Shown here: one piece after another, positions 1-10,271 of the stretch
Numbering within the stretch: position 1 is the first letter of the stretch
Layout of the letters: the number at the start of each line of letters is the position of its first letter
DNA from: Amoeboaphelidium occidentale
Taxonomy: Eukaryota
Reading direction: 5' to 3'
Assembly: GCA_023515795.1 (NCBI GenBank)
Contig: JALGPX010000028.1
Location: 62,001-92,499 of the forward strand
Length of the DNA: 30,499 nt
Notes under the pieces: generated by a model
What the model was told of the DNA's origin: nothing
The model's input: only the letters and a program-made list of their open reading frames with translations
Database searches by the model: none
Made by a program: the position numbers and the translations under genes

Positions 1-327
1 ACTTTACAGGAACATTTCTGCGCTTTTCAAATTCAAACGTCGAGTCCTACGTAGATTTGCATTAGAAAGCGCGTCATAATGAGATTACCAAAGTCATATC
101 TTTTCCTTGAGCTCTACGGAAGGCTTTAGTCCATGCGACCTTTCGTGGGTTTCTCTTCATCTTGAAGTTCTTGTGGCATTTTGAACGACAGAATCTGAAT
201 GCCTACGAGCGATCAATTATCAGAGCACGTTAACACAAAGCCATACCTTGCTATCGTTTCTTACAAACATTATACCTTTGCCTGGATAGACATTGCTAGA
301 GCAAAAGTAACACTTCTCAATACGCAT
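1..327 (-). CDS. RLP24: Ribosome biogenesis protein RLP24/RSL24D1 (L24e family), 3' end outside window; exons 327-247, 202-89, 46-<1
   Basis: Missed by the ORF track. Spliced translation is [84 protein letters not shown] introns at 246-203 and 88-47. Confidence 0.95.
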
Positions 328-386
328 TTCAAGAAGTCTGAAGGATTTTGCAGAAAAAAATTATGAAAAGTTTTCTCAATAGTAAT
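328..386. promoter_or_regulatory. 59-bp bidirectional promoter region between RLP24 and PAM18
   Basis: Head-to-head ATGs at 327(-) and 387(+). Promoter function is inferred from geometry only. Confidence 0.55.
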
Positions 387-759
387 ATGGCAACGCCTTT
401 AATAGTGGGCATTGGAGTAGCAGCTGCAGCGTTCGGCTCTAAACTTGCGATCCAAGCGTATAAGCAACATGGACATAAATTAGCGTCGATATCATTGCCT
501 GTTGGATCGATTTATTATCGTGGTGGATTCGAAGCAGAAATGACCAAGCGAGAGGCTTTGCTAATACTGGGCTTACGGTAAGTTGAATAGCTTTGCTTTA
601 ATCTTATCATTTTATAGTGAGGGCGCAACCAAGGACAAAATGAAGGAAGCTCATAGGAGGATAATGTTGCTAAACCATCCTGATCGTGGTGGCTCGCCTT
701 TTATTGCTTCAAAGATAAATGAAGCCAAGAATCTATTAGACAAGCAAATAAGGAGATGA
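387..759 (+). CDS. PAM18: Mitochondrial import motor J-protein PAM18/TIM14 (DNAJC19); exons 387-577, 618-759
   Basis: N-terminal hydrophobic segment, [21 protein letters not shown], intron 578-617, then [27 protein letters not shown] containing the HPD motif. Confidence 0.95.
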
Positions 760-1004
760 GATGCAATAGAAGATTATGTTTTACGCGTGTGTGAACTGCC
801 GATATATCTAAATAAAATCTTTACGTAATAACAGATCGTCTGCCCAGACCACCCTTGTGAACATTCATTCGTGGGCTGCCATGCCTGCCATTGCCCTGTA
901 ACAACTTTAATCGTTTCTGAGTCGCTGCGTCACGAAAAGCTCTTCGGGAAATTCGATCGCCCGCCACGCTGATCGCAGCTTTAGCCTTCAAAACGACAGG
1001 AAGA

Positions 1005-1771
1005 ATGGAAGAGAACGGAGGCGGTAGTGCAAACGGAGACAATTTTCCATTGCCAGAAATTACATCAGCTGCGTTGTACGTTGGCAATTTGCCTTACAAT
1101 GCGCGCTGGCAACAGTTGAAGGATCACTTCAAGGAAATTGGTAATTGACTTCTTGCTGTTAAAAGCCCTCTAATTAATGCGCTCTGTTATAGGCGATGTT
1201 GTTTACGCTGATATTCCAAGAGGTCAGGACAACAGATCCCGTGGGTTTGGTATTGTCAAGTTTGCTACCATTGAAGAGGCAAAGAAGGCTGCTGAAATGT
1301 ATCATGGTCAGGAATGGCTTGGGTAACGTGTTTTGGTTATAATTTGTCTCATCCATGCTTTATAGACGTCGTCTTATCATCAAGAACGATGAGAAGCCAG
1401 ATTACAACAGACCTCCTTCCAACCAGAGAGGCCGTGGTGGTTATGCTAACAATGGCGCTCCAAGAAGACCTCAGTCTAACCCTAATCAGTTGTTTGTCGG
1501 TAACTTGCCATGGTCCACCACTTGGCAAGACTTGAAGGATATTGCTAAGGACAACGGATTCAACCCAGTTAGAGCTGATGTTGCTATGAGTTACGATGGA
1601 AAATCAAGGGGTTGGGGAACTTTGGCTTTTGAAACTGAAGATGAGGCTAAGAGAGCACAGGGTAATTTCCCCTTGTAATTGTGTTGTTTAACTTTGATAG
1701 ACGTTTTGAATGGCATCGAATTGAACGGACGTCAATTGGAAGTTCGCGAAGACAACAAGGCAGGTCGTTAA
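1005..1771 (+). CDS. Two-RRM RNA-binding protein, Gbp2/Hrb1/hnRNP M-like; exons 1005-1140, 1193-1322, 1366-1661, 1701-1771
   Basis: RNP2/RNP1 pairs LYVGNLPYNARWQQLKDHF...SRGFGIVKF and LFVGNLPWSTTWQDLKD...SRGWGTLAF, with an RGRGG linker. Three GT-AG introns of 52, 43 and 39 nt. Confidence 0.9.
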
Positions 1772-2017
1772 AGATAAACTGCAATATAATTCAAATATAA
1801 AATTGTCCAGATTTTCTGTTTTGTCGGGGCTGAAGATGTAGCTTGAGATGGTAGAGCCAAGATTTCGTGATTATCACCTTCATAGCGTGCATTAATTCAG
1901 TCTTTCCTTGCGCCTTGTACCCAGAAAATGTAAAATAAGACGAAGTTAGGTCCTGTTTTAACAATGAAATCGCATTAAGCGCAATGTGAAACCGTCGGTT
2001 CTTTTGTGAGAAGAGCC

Positions 2018-2784
2018 ATGCCGGCGCTATCGGGATTCGATTCACTTATTAACTCAGCCAAACAGGACCAGACGAAAATTGGGAAACAAGTGCAGATGTG
2101 GGATAATTCTGAAATAGCTTCTTATTACGGAAAGTACGCAGATGCTTACGACAAGGAGATTGAGCAAGATTTCGAATCTTATCCTGGTCCATTTATAATA
2201 GGCAAATGGGTCATAGAGTGGTTCTTATCAAAAAGAGATTGCAAGTCTACTGCGCCACTTTCTGTTCTGGACTTGGGCTGTGGGACAGGACAGTCAGGAG
2301 TGCCTTTTATGTTGTGCAAAGAGCAGCAGTTCAAATTGGTTGGACTCGACACTACTCCAGAGGTATAAACTTTACTTTAAATTATTTAAATTCATTGTAG
2401 ATGCTAAAACAGGCTGAGAAAAGAGGCTACAATGAATTGTTGGCTCATGATCTTGAAGTGTATCCTTATCCAGATGTTGTTTCATGTTCATTGTTTGATG
2501 CCGTGGTTTGCGTCGGCGTTATGGACTTTATCAGAGACCCAGCCACCTTTTTAAGTTATTCTAGAACACTTTTAAGAGGTGAAGAGTCTGTTTTGGGCAT
2601 TACGTTACCGGAACAACATGATCATTCAGATTTGTCTTCCTTCTCTGAGAATGATATGCGCTCGCTATTCCAAAAGACTGGCTTCAAAGTTGAGCGACAC
2701 GAGAGGTTCATGGGATACAAAGACTCAAAATCTGGTATGATACAATACTATCATGGTTGGATATTGGCACCTTCTTCTTTTTGA
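2018..2784 (+). CDS. Class I SAM-dependent methyltransferase, substrate unknown; exons 2018-2362, 2401-2784
   Basis: Motif I VLDLGCGTG, then LVGLD...EML and FDAVVCVGV. A 38-nt phase-0 intron at 2363-2400 joins the two ORFs. Confidence 0.88.
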
Positions 2785-2788
2785 GTTC

Positions 2789-3370
2789 ATGTTGGGCCCT
2801 GATAACGACATATTTGAGTCTGTTCTGCACGAGAATAAAGATTTTAGTCATGTACAAATAACAACAGTTAATACACGACCTTTAGACGGCACGGCTTTCG
2901 TTGCTCCGTTTGTTAAGTGCCCAAACGAAGTTGCGATCGAGGCATTTGAATTCGCAAATATATCGAATAGAGACACGCTGTTGGATTTAGGATGCGGTGA
3001 TGGCAGCTTGCTTTGGGCAGCCCTTGAGCAGGAAGCGCGCAAACAACCTCTAAAGGTAATTGGAGTGGAGTTGGACGAGCATCTATTCAAAGCGTGCCAA
3101 AACCACAAGCACAAGGACAAAGATGTTACTCTGATAAATTCTGATATGTTTCAAGTTAATGTATTTGAGCTCAATTGCTCTGTTATGATATTATATTTGT
3201 TGCCTGGTGGCCTCAACAAACTGCGAGCAGTGTTTACTGAATTCCTGCAGCACAACCCACAGAACAGGATCGTGACTATTCAGTACGCTGTTCCAGAGTG
3301 GGAACCAGCAGCTGAGCACATTTACAAGAATTACAGATTCTTTCTTTACAGAGCTGAGATGCGGCAATAG
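2789..3370 (+). CDS. Class I SAM-dependent methyltransferase, FAM173/ATPSCKMT-like (putative protein-lysine methyltransferase)
   Basis: Motifs APFVKCP, LLDLGCGDG, IGVELD and LYLLP...RIVT. ATG 2789 is the only in-frame ATG between the upstream stop and motif I. Confidence 0.82.
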   Translation: MLGPDNDIFESVLHENKDFSHVQITTVNTRPLDGTAFVAPFVKCPNEVAIEAFEFANISNRDTLLDLGCGDGSLLWAALEQEARKQPLKVIGVELDEHLFKACQNHKHKDKDVTLINSDMFQVNVFELNCSVMILYLLPGGLNKLRAVFTEFLQHNPQNRIVTIQYAVPEWEPAAEHIYKNYRFFLYRAEMRQ

Positions 3371-3408
3371 ATTTTCTCTTTGATCGAATTGTGTACCAAT
3401 TGTTACCT

Positions 3409-4026
3409 ATGAGTCTTTATTCAAGCCAAACTTCAAATCTGCCACCACTTTATCAGCCCTCAAGGCAACAGGGCGCAAATTCTGCTCCACCGACAGTAGC
3501 GAATAATACAAGCGCAGTAGAGTACCCAGAGGTGAATAATTTGTCTGCAGAGGAGATTCAGAGTCTACTGGAGGATGAGGACCTTTTCAGAGATTTCATA
3601 TTAAAGCAGACTTCTGTTAAAGCGAATTCAAAGATGCTCACGGAGCTACGACAGACGAATTATGAAATATCGCAGCGTAACATTGCGAACGAAGCACCAC
3701 AGAGATTGTTGAGGGAAGAAGTAGCAGAACTTCAACAATTGGTCGCTACGAAACAGAGCACACTTCAACAGCTCACCGAACAGAAGCAAAGGCTTTTAAA
3801 GGTATGATCATATTCCAACAAGGTTTAATATGTTTTGTAGGATTTCTCTCCGGAAGCTTCATACGCCAAACTGAAAGAAGCCACGGAACAAGCAGAGGCA
3901 GTTTCGGAATCGATAGCGTCACAATTCTTAAAGGGCGACATAACTCAGGACGACTTTGTTCGAAATTTTAGGGATTCTAGAACGATTTATCATATGCGAA
4001 GTGCAAAGCTGGAGCGTCTTCTTTGA
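3409..4026 (+). CDS. VPS37: ESCRT-I subunit VPS37 (Mod(r) domain); exons 3409-3801, 3841-4026
   Basis: LSAEEIQSLLEDED, NYEISQRNI and a coiled coil, then exon 2 SESIASQFLKGDITQDDFVRNFRDSRTIYHMRSAKLE. Intron 3802-3840. Confidence 0.85.
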
Positions 4027-4030
4027 AACG

Positions 4031-7000
4031 ATGAGTTCATCGGCGTCTTCTGGAATGAATAAAACTCATCCTGCCTCTCATAGAGGTACCAAAATCCGCT
4101 CAGAGTCGGTATACAAGTTCAATGGCCCGTCAGCAGGCTTGGTTGCACTTTCAGCTTCCAATTATTCTCAGAGAACATCGTCAATGGGACAACTTAACCT
4201 GTTTTCCCTTTCGGATCCTGTCGCAGAGAGCAACTGTCCAACTTCTGGTGACCTCTTTCAAACTGCACTGAAGGCCAGACAAGGTTCTGTTTTGAGTAGA
4301 GGAACTATACTGAAACGAGACCATTATCCGCAAGGTTACTATACGCTGCAGTGACCTAATATTCTAGGAACAAATTATGAGTTGGAGTATTGCTTTGAAG
4401 GGGCACCTAATTTCAGGAAGACTCATTTTAATATATACGGAGTGTCTCAGCCTACAAAGTCTGGGCTTGTCACACTGTTGCATTTCCTGAATTACGTAGA
4501 AAATCGCAGGGTTTACTGGTTTAATTCAAGAGAAGAGCCTGTAATTTACATTAATGGCTACCCATTTGTTCTGAGGGATGCTGATTTTCCTAAGCAGAAT
4601 GTTCGCACTTATACTGGGATCACAGCCGATCGTCTGGAGCAGCTGGAACAGCGTCTTAAAGATGATATTCTGAAGGAATCCAAGAAGTGCCAAAAGCTTT
4701 TATTGGTTCACGACGAATTGGGTATTTTTTTACAGTTGGAAACTTATTTTAGATGATGGAAGCATCATAAGTTCCTGGATCTGCGCTGATACAATCGAAA
4801 CTTCAAAAGATGTCTTTCACAGCTTGATATCTAGTGGGTTTGATATTGTGTTCACCAGGATTCCTATATCTCCAGAGCAAAGACCAGAAGATAAGTATTT
4901 GGATGAGTATGTTCAGATTGTAAAGAATGCACCACTTGATGCACCTCTCGTGTTTAATTGTGGTTTAGGAGTCGGGCGAACCACTTTTGGAATGGTATCT
5001 TCATTGTTGATAAGAAATGCAATGATGATACACCAAGGTATTAAAAAGGTTGAAGAGCCATTTTTGAGCCCAGCAGATTCTGAGATCTTTGACATGGAAC
5101 AAGAGAAAAGAACAGTTTTACGGCTGGTTTATGTCATCGAGAGAGGCCTGAATTCCAAGTTTAATGGTGTCTCGGCCATAGAATGGGCTTTATCGCGTGG
5201 TAATCTGACTGACCATTTAAAAAATGCGCTATGCGGGAATTATTCAATTATAATTTCTCTTGCCAGCGTACTTGAGAACGGACAACATGACAAGAAATTG
5301 TTAGATCAGATGATTAACAGATGTAAGCTGTTTTTTAGTTTCTGCTTAAACTCTTTTAGGCGATACCTTGATAAATCTTAGGGAGGAAATTCTCATTAAC
5401 CGCATTAGGTTCTCTTCAGAAGATAATCCTCATTACTTGGACAAGGCGCAAGCATTCCTTGAACGTTATCTGTTTTTACTAGCGTTTTCAGCATATGTTA
5501 ACACAGAGATTAATAACAATTATCAAGATCTGACTTTTAGTCAATGGTTATTGAAAAGGCCAGAGGTTTGGAACATGTTGCAGAGTGTGCGAAAGAAAGG
5601 CACAGACCTATTTCTTTTCAGGCCTGTTGAAGATCTGTCTGGCATGATAGGAAAGACCATGCAAGAAACATTTGGTAAGAACAAGAGGAAAGAATTGGAC
5701 GGAGTGGTAATTAGAAACAGGAATGGAGTTGTGTTAGGCCCTCAATTAATATTGAAAGTTGATCATTGGCCATCTGAGAAGATGCTTAAGGGAGAAATCG
5801 AGGGTGCAGCCAATTTCAGGCGTATTGCTGATTTAAAACTATTTGCTGTTGCCCAGCCAACATTGGATGGAATCACTAATGTTATCAATTATGTTTCAAA
5901 AGTTTGCGAGCCAAAGAAGATTGTATGGATTAATCTGAGGGAAGAGCCTCTTGTTTATATCAACAAAAGTGCGTATGTTCTGAGAGACGAGTTTTACACT
6001 TTAAGAAACTTAAAGTCTTACGCAGGTATAACACAAAATCGTTTAGACTCTCTTGAATGTCGTCTTAAAGAAGACGTTATTAAGGAAGCTCATCAGTATG
6101 AAGGGAAAATCCTGTTGCACGAAGAAAGCGAAGGCGAAGTGTATCCTTTGTGGACTGTTGTGGATCCTCAAGATGTTTTCACCATTAAAGAGACTTTCGA
6201 TGAATTTTCAACCAAGAACAATGTTAGTTACTGCAGGGTCCCGATCACGGCTGAAACTTGTCCAGAAGAAAAAGACTTTGATCAGCTTTTGTATATTTGT
6301 TTGCAGAATGATGAAAACTCGGCTGTTTTTATCATCAACTGCCAAATTGGAATAGGCCGTTCTACAACTGGTGCTGTCATCCTGTCTCTAATTTTAAAAT
6401 GGTTAAAAAAGTATAGAAAAAGCGAAAAGAGTTTGTTAAAGGTCAATAGTGATCACAGCATAGAGAACAAATACTTGACACCCGCTGATTCTTCCGCAGG
6501 TAGCTATCAAGCCATTCACTCTTTGCTAAGGGTGATCAGAAGCGGTTTGGATTCGAAACACACTGTCGATACAACAATTGACGAATGTGCAACTTTCATA
6601 AATTTGAGGTAAGCCTCTTGGTAGAGGTGCTTATATTCTAGATCTACTATTGATGACTGGAGAAGCAAGGCTGAAAATGCTGTCTCCGTTGAGGAGAAGG
6701 AAGCGGCTGTGAAGAAAGGTCTTGCATCCCTTGGGAGATACTTCTATTTGATTGCATTCCAGGCGTTTTTGGAAACATCAAGGCCTGAAAGTTTGTACAA
6801 TATGGAATCCTTTTCAGATTTTGTTAAGAAGCACGCAGAGTTTAAGACAATGTTAAAGGATATGGAAGCAGGTGGCTTCAATTCGTTGTTGCCAGTTCAT
6901 AAAATCGAACCTGGAGACGGCGTTGCTCTTTCATCAGAAGTTCTTTCTGTTGTAAACAGACGAAAGGGATCTGTTCTAGCTTCACAGATGATACTTAAAT

Positions 7001-8384
7001 ATGATCATTTTCCTGGCTGCCAGAAACTGTCTCTATTAGACAGAATTGAAGGGGCTCCCAACTTTAGACAAGTTGAACCATATCCAGGAGGAGGCAAAAT
7101 ATTTGGTGTTGCGATGCCAACAAAGGTTTTGTTATTCTGGCTTGAATCTTATTATTAGGACGCTATTATTTCGGTTGTCCAGAAAACTGGTGTTAGACCT
7201 GGAGAAAGAAAAAAATTGATATGGACATCCTTAAGAGAAGAGCCAGTTATATACATCAATGGAAGGTTATTATTTCATTAATGCTCCTTAAGTTTAGACC
7301 TTTTGTGTTGCGTTTCTTTCAAGATCCTGTAAAGAACTTGGAGACAACTGGAATAATTCAGGAGAGAGTAGAATTGATGGAAAAAAGGATGAAAAAAGNN
7401 NNNNNNNNNNNNNNNNAAGTTTAGACCTTTTGTGTTGCGTTTCTTTCAGGATCCTGTAAAGAACTTGGAGACAACTGGAATAATTCAGGAGAGAGTAGAA
7501 TTGATGGAAAAAAGGATGAAAAAAGATATTATTGAAGAAATGAAAGAATATGGTGGGAGGATCTTGTTGCACGAAGAGGAAGTTTCGAGCTCGGGATTTC
7601 AAGTAGTGGTAAGTTTATACAAATTTGTCTTAAATATTAGCCTGTTTGGGAGAGTTGCACTCCAGAAAACGTTTTGACTCCATCAGAAGTCTTCGAAGCT
7701 CTTCATGCTCAAGGATTTAATGTTTTGTACAGGCGTATTCCTATTACTGACGAACAGGCTCCAATTCCGCATGTATTTGATTTAGTTTTACAAGAAGTGG
7801 AACAAATGGGGCCTGAAACATATCTCATGTTCAATTGTCAGATGGGAAGAGGTAGGACAACAACAGGTATGGTCATAGCTTACTTATCGCAGCTTCTAAG
7901 GGAGAAGGGTGCGACCAAGAGTGTATTGACCCCGTCGAACGATGACGACTCATTACTTGTTAAATCTGTCAATTCATTGACATTAGGTGAACAGGAAAGA
8001 GAAAGAGAGAGATACTTGCATGGTGAATACAAGGTTATTCTTCAATTGATATCTGTATTGCAGTTCGGGACTTTGAGTAAAAGAATCGTTGACGAAGCTA
8101 TCGACGGTTGTTATCATATTCAAAATATTCGGGAAGCAGTATATGATTACAAAATTCGCATACAATCCATTGAGGCGGTCGACTCAAATGCAGACAATAA
8201 GAAAAAGCTCATGCTTTTTCATGTCGGAATCAACTATCTCATTCGCTACTTTTACTTGATCACATTTGGAAACTACTTATTGGAGAAAAGTAATCAAACT
8301 GGTTCGTTTTCGAGTTTCAACGATTGGCTCAGTGACAGAAGAGAAATTAGTAATCTTATTAGCGGCGAAATAGATTTCTCATGA
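4031..8384 (+). CDS. PALD1: Paladin-like protein with three PTP-like (phytase-type) domains; introns 4335-4367, 4722-4752, 5323-5359, 6609-6641, 7126-7158, 7266-7297, 7609-7640; interrupted by an assembly gap/duplication at 7290-7525
   Basis: Three repeats of GA(P/A)NFR...W.(N/S).REEP..YIN...VLR, with CX5R loops CGLGVGRTT, CQIGIGRST and CQMGRGRTT. The modelled introns restore one frame. Alternative starts exist a little downstream. Confidence 0.9.
7290..7525. repeat. 109-bp direct duplication (7290-7398 and 7417-7525) flanking an 18-N gap; probable scaffolding artefact
   Basis: The copies are identical except one synonymous A/G (CAA versus CAG) and directly abut the N run. Confidence 0.9.
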
Positions 8385-8397
8385 GACTGCAAAGGAT

Positions 8398-10126
8398 TTA
8401 TTTTTTGCAAATTTTCTTGCATTTAGCAACAGCATCCAAAATATTAAGGCCGCCATGTCCGAAAACATTATTAGGAACATCATCTTTGGAATCATCTCCA
8501 CATTTCAAAAACCCACTAGGTAACTTCGTAGCCGTGCTTTGAAGAATATCCTGAATCATGTCAACATCACGAGCAACACATGGGCAAGCCTCAACTAGTA
8601 ACAGGACGGCCCCGCCAACATGAGGGCTTGCCATTGAGGTCCCTGAAAGAGATGCATACTTGTCGGTAGCCTTAGGGTCCATTCTTGAAACAAAGGCAGC
8701 TCTGACTGAAGATCCTGGCGCAGCGATATCAGGCTTAATAATAGGCTTGCTTTTACCAAGGTGATATGATGGTCCTTTTGAAGAGAAGAAAGCAATATTA
8801 TTGCTTTTAAATCCTAAAGCACCAACGCTGATTACTGAAGGCTCATAGCCAGGAGGACTTCCAATTGTGGAGCACATCGGTCCTTCATTTCCTGCAGAGA
8901 CAGACATGAAGACGCCAGCAGCCCTTAGATTTTCAACAGCTTTTGTAAACGTATGGACAGCTAATGTAATTAGAAAGAAGTCAGAAAACTTACCGCATCC
9001 CTCAGATTTAGGACATCCATAAGAATTTCCAACAGCAACTGGTCTGAGCTTTTTCTTTGGATTCTTGCCCTGCAAATCTAGAAAAATCAACAATGGACAT
9101 GCATATACTTACCTATAGGAGCCAAAAAGAATTGCAAACAGGCCAGGTACGTTTCTGGAGATCCAACACCATTAATCATATTTCTACAAGCCATCCATTT
9201 TGCTCCTGGAGCAACTCCGACTCCTTTTCTTCCGATAGCGGTCGATGTTGTGTGCGTTCCATGACCATTATCATCGAATGGCTCTTCTAATCTCTTGTTT
9301 ACAAACTTTTTACCAACGTCAGAATCCTTGACACCATCAAACCAAGCATAATTATGATCGAATGTGATATTTCCTTCTGCAGAAACTTTTCTGCCCAAGT
9401 AATTATCAACAAGGGATTCATGTAGATAATTTACACCAGTATCAGCGTTTCCATATATCAAATCTTTACCAGTGATAGATTCATTCCACAACTCAGTGGC
9501 GTGAATCCATTCGATGTTCCATTCAGGATTGTTGTCAGCCTTCTCTTGGCTTTCTTCTGCAACATCGTTAATGTAACCAGCAAATCTTCTGTCCGCCTGT
9601 AAACGAAGATAAGGATCGTAACTTGCGGAGAATGCATCGTATTGCTTATCGTTCTCTAGCTTCACACGAAACCACTTGTTGGACTCGACCCTCTCAACAA
9701 CATCCAGCTTACGGATCTCTTCCAAAACTTCAGAGGAAGTAATATCAATTACAACAGCATTGGCAACATACAGGGATCTTATTCTTTTGACGTCCGGAAG
9801 AGCCTCAAGTGTTTGCACCAATAATTCTTGTTGTTCCGTTGCACTTCTCTGCAAGAATTCAACAACATAGTCACCAAACTGTTCGGAATCCTTCTGCTTG
9901 TCCTGATATAGTTGAAGATAATTGGGATCTTGTTGGAAAGCGGCCTGCTCCTTCAGGTAAAGAATAACTGAAACAGGAATGTTCTTTGACGCAGTTGCGA
10001 CTTCCTTTTCGACCTTGACAGATGAGCATAGGGCAATATATAAATTGTTACCGCAGTATCGGCAAAGAATGCCTGCGTTAATGGAACCAGCAATAGAAAC
10101 CAAAGTTGAAACAGTTCAGCGATCAT
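8398..10126 (-). CDS. Secreted subtilisin-family S8 serine protease, bacillopeptidase F-like; exons 10126-10052, 10013-9113, 9077-8994, 8960-8398
   Basis: Signal peptide MIAELFQLWFLLLVPLTQA, prodomain, catalytic triad motifs ADTG, GHGTH and GTSMASP, oxyanion SAGNEG, and IKPDIAAPG. Confidence 0.92.
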
Positions 10127-10271
10127 TTGGAACTGGGAAATTGTGAAACATTTGTTCACAGACGCGGCGCAAGTGCTCTGACGCCGTAATAAGTTCAAAC
10201 TGTCTATTTCGCGATTAAAATCTTTCAGTAACTTCCTGAGACCTAAGTTTAGAGAATTTACTTGCCCTATT

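Noticed and set aside
821..1087. Minus-strand 88-aa ORF, and the many other short antisense or alternate-frame ORFs in the track
   Set aside because: They overlap well-supported genes, often use non-ATG starts, and show no recognisable motifs; treated as shadow ORFs.
1838..1857. tRNA D-arm/A-box-like GTAGCTTGAGATGGTAGAGC
   Set aside because: No matching anticodon stem, T-arm (GTTCRA) or acceptor stem at suitable spacing.
1905..1930. U5 snRNA loop-I-like GCCTTGTAC
   Set aside because: It mismatches the invariant GCCTTTTAC, has no proper closing stem, and no Sm site follows.
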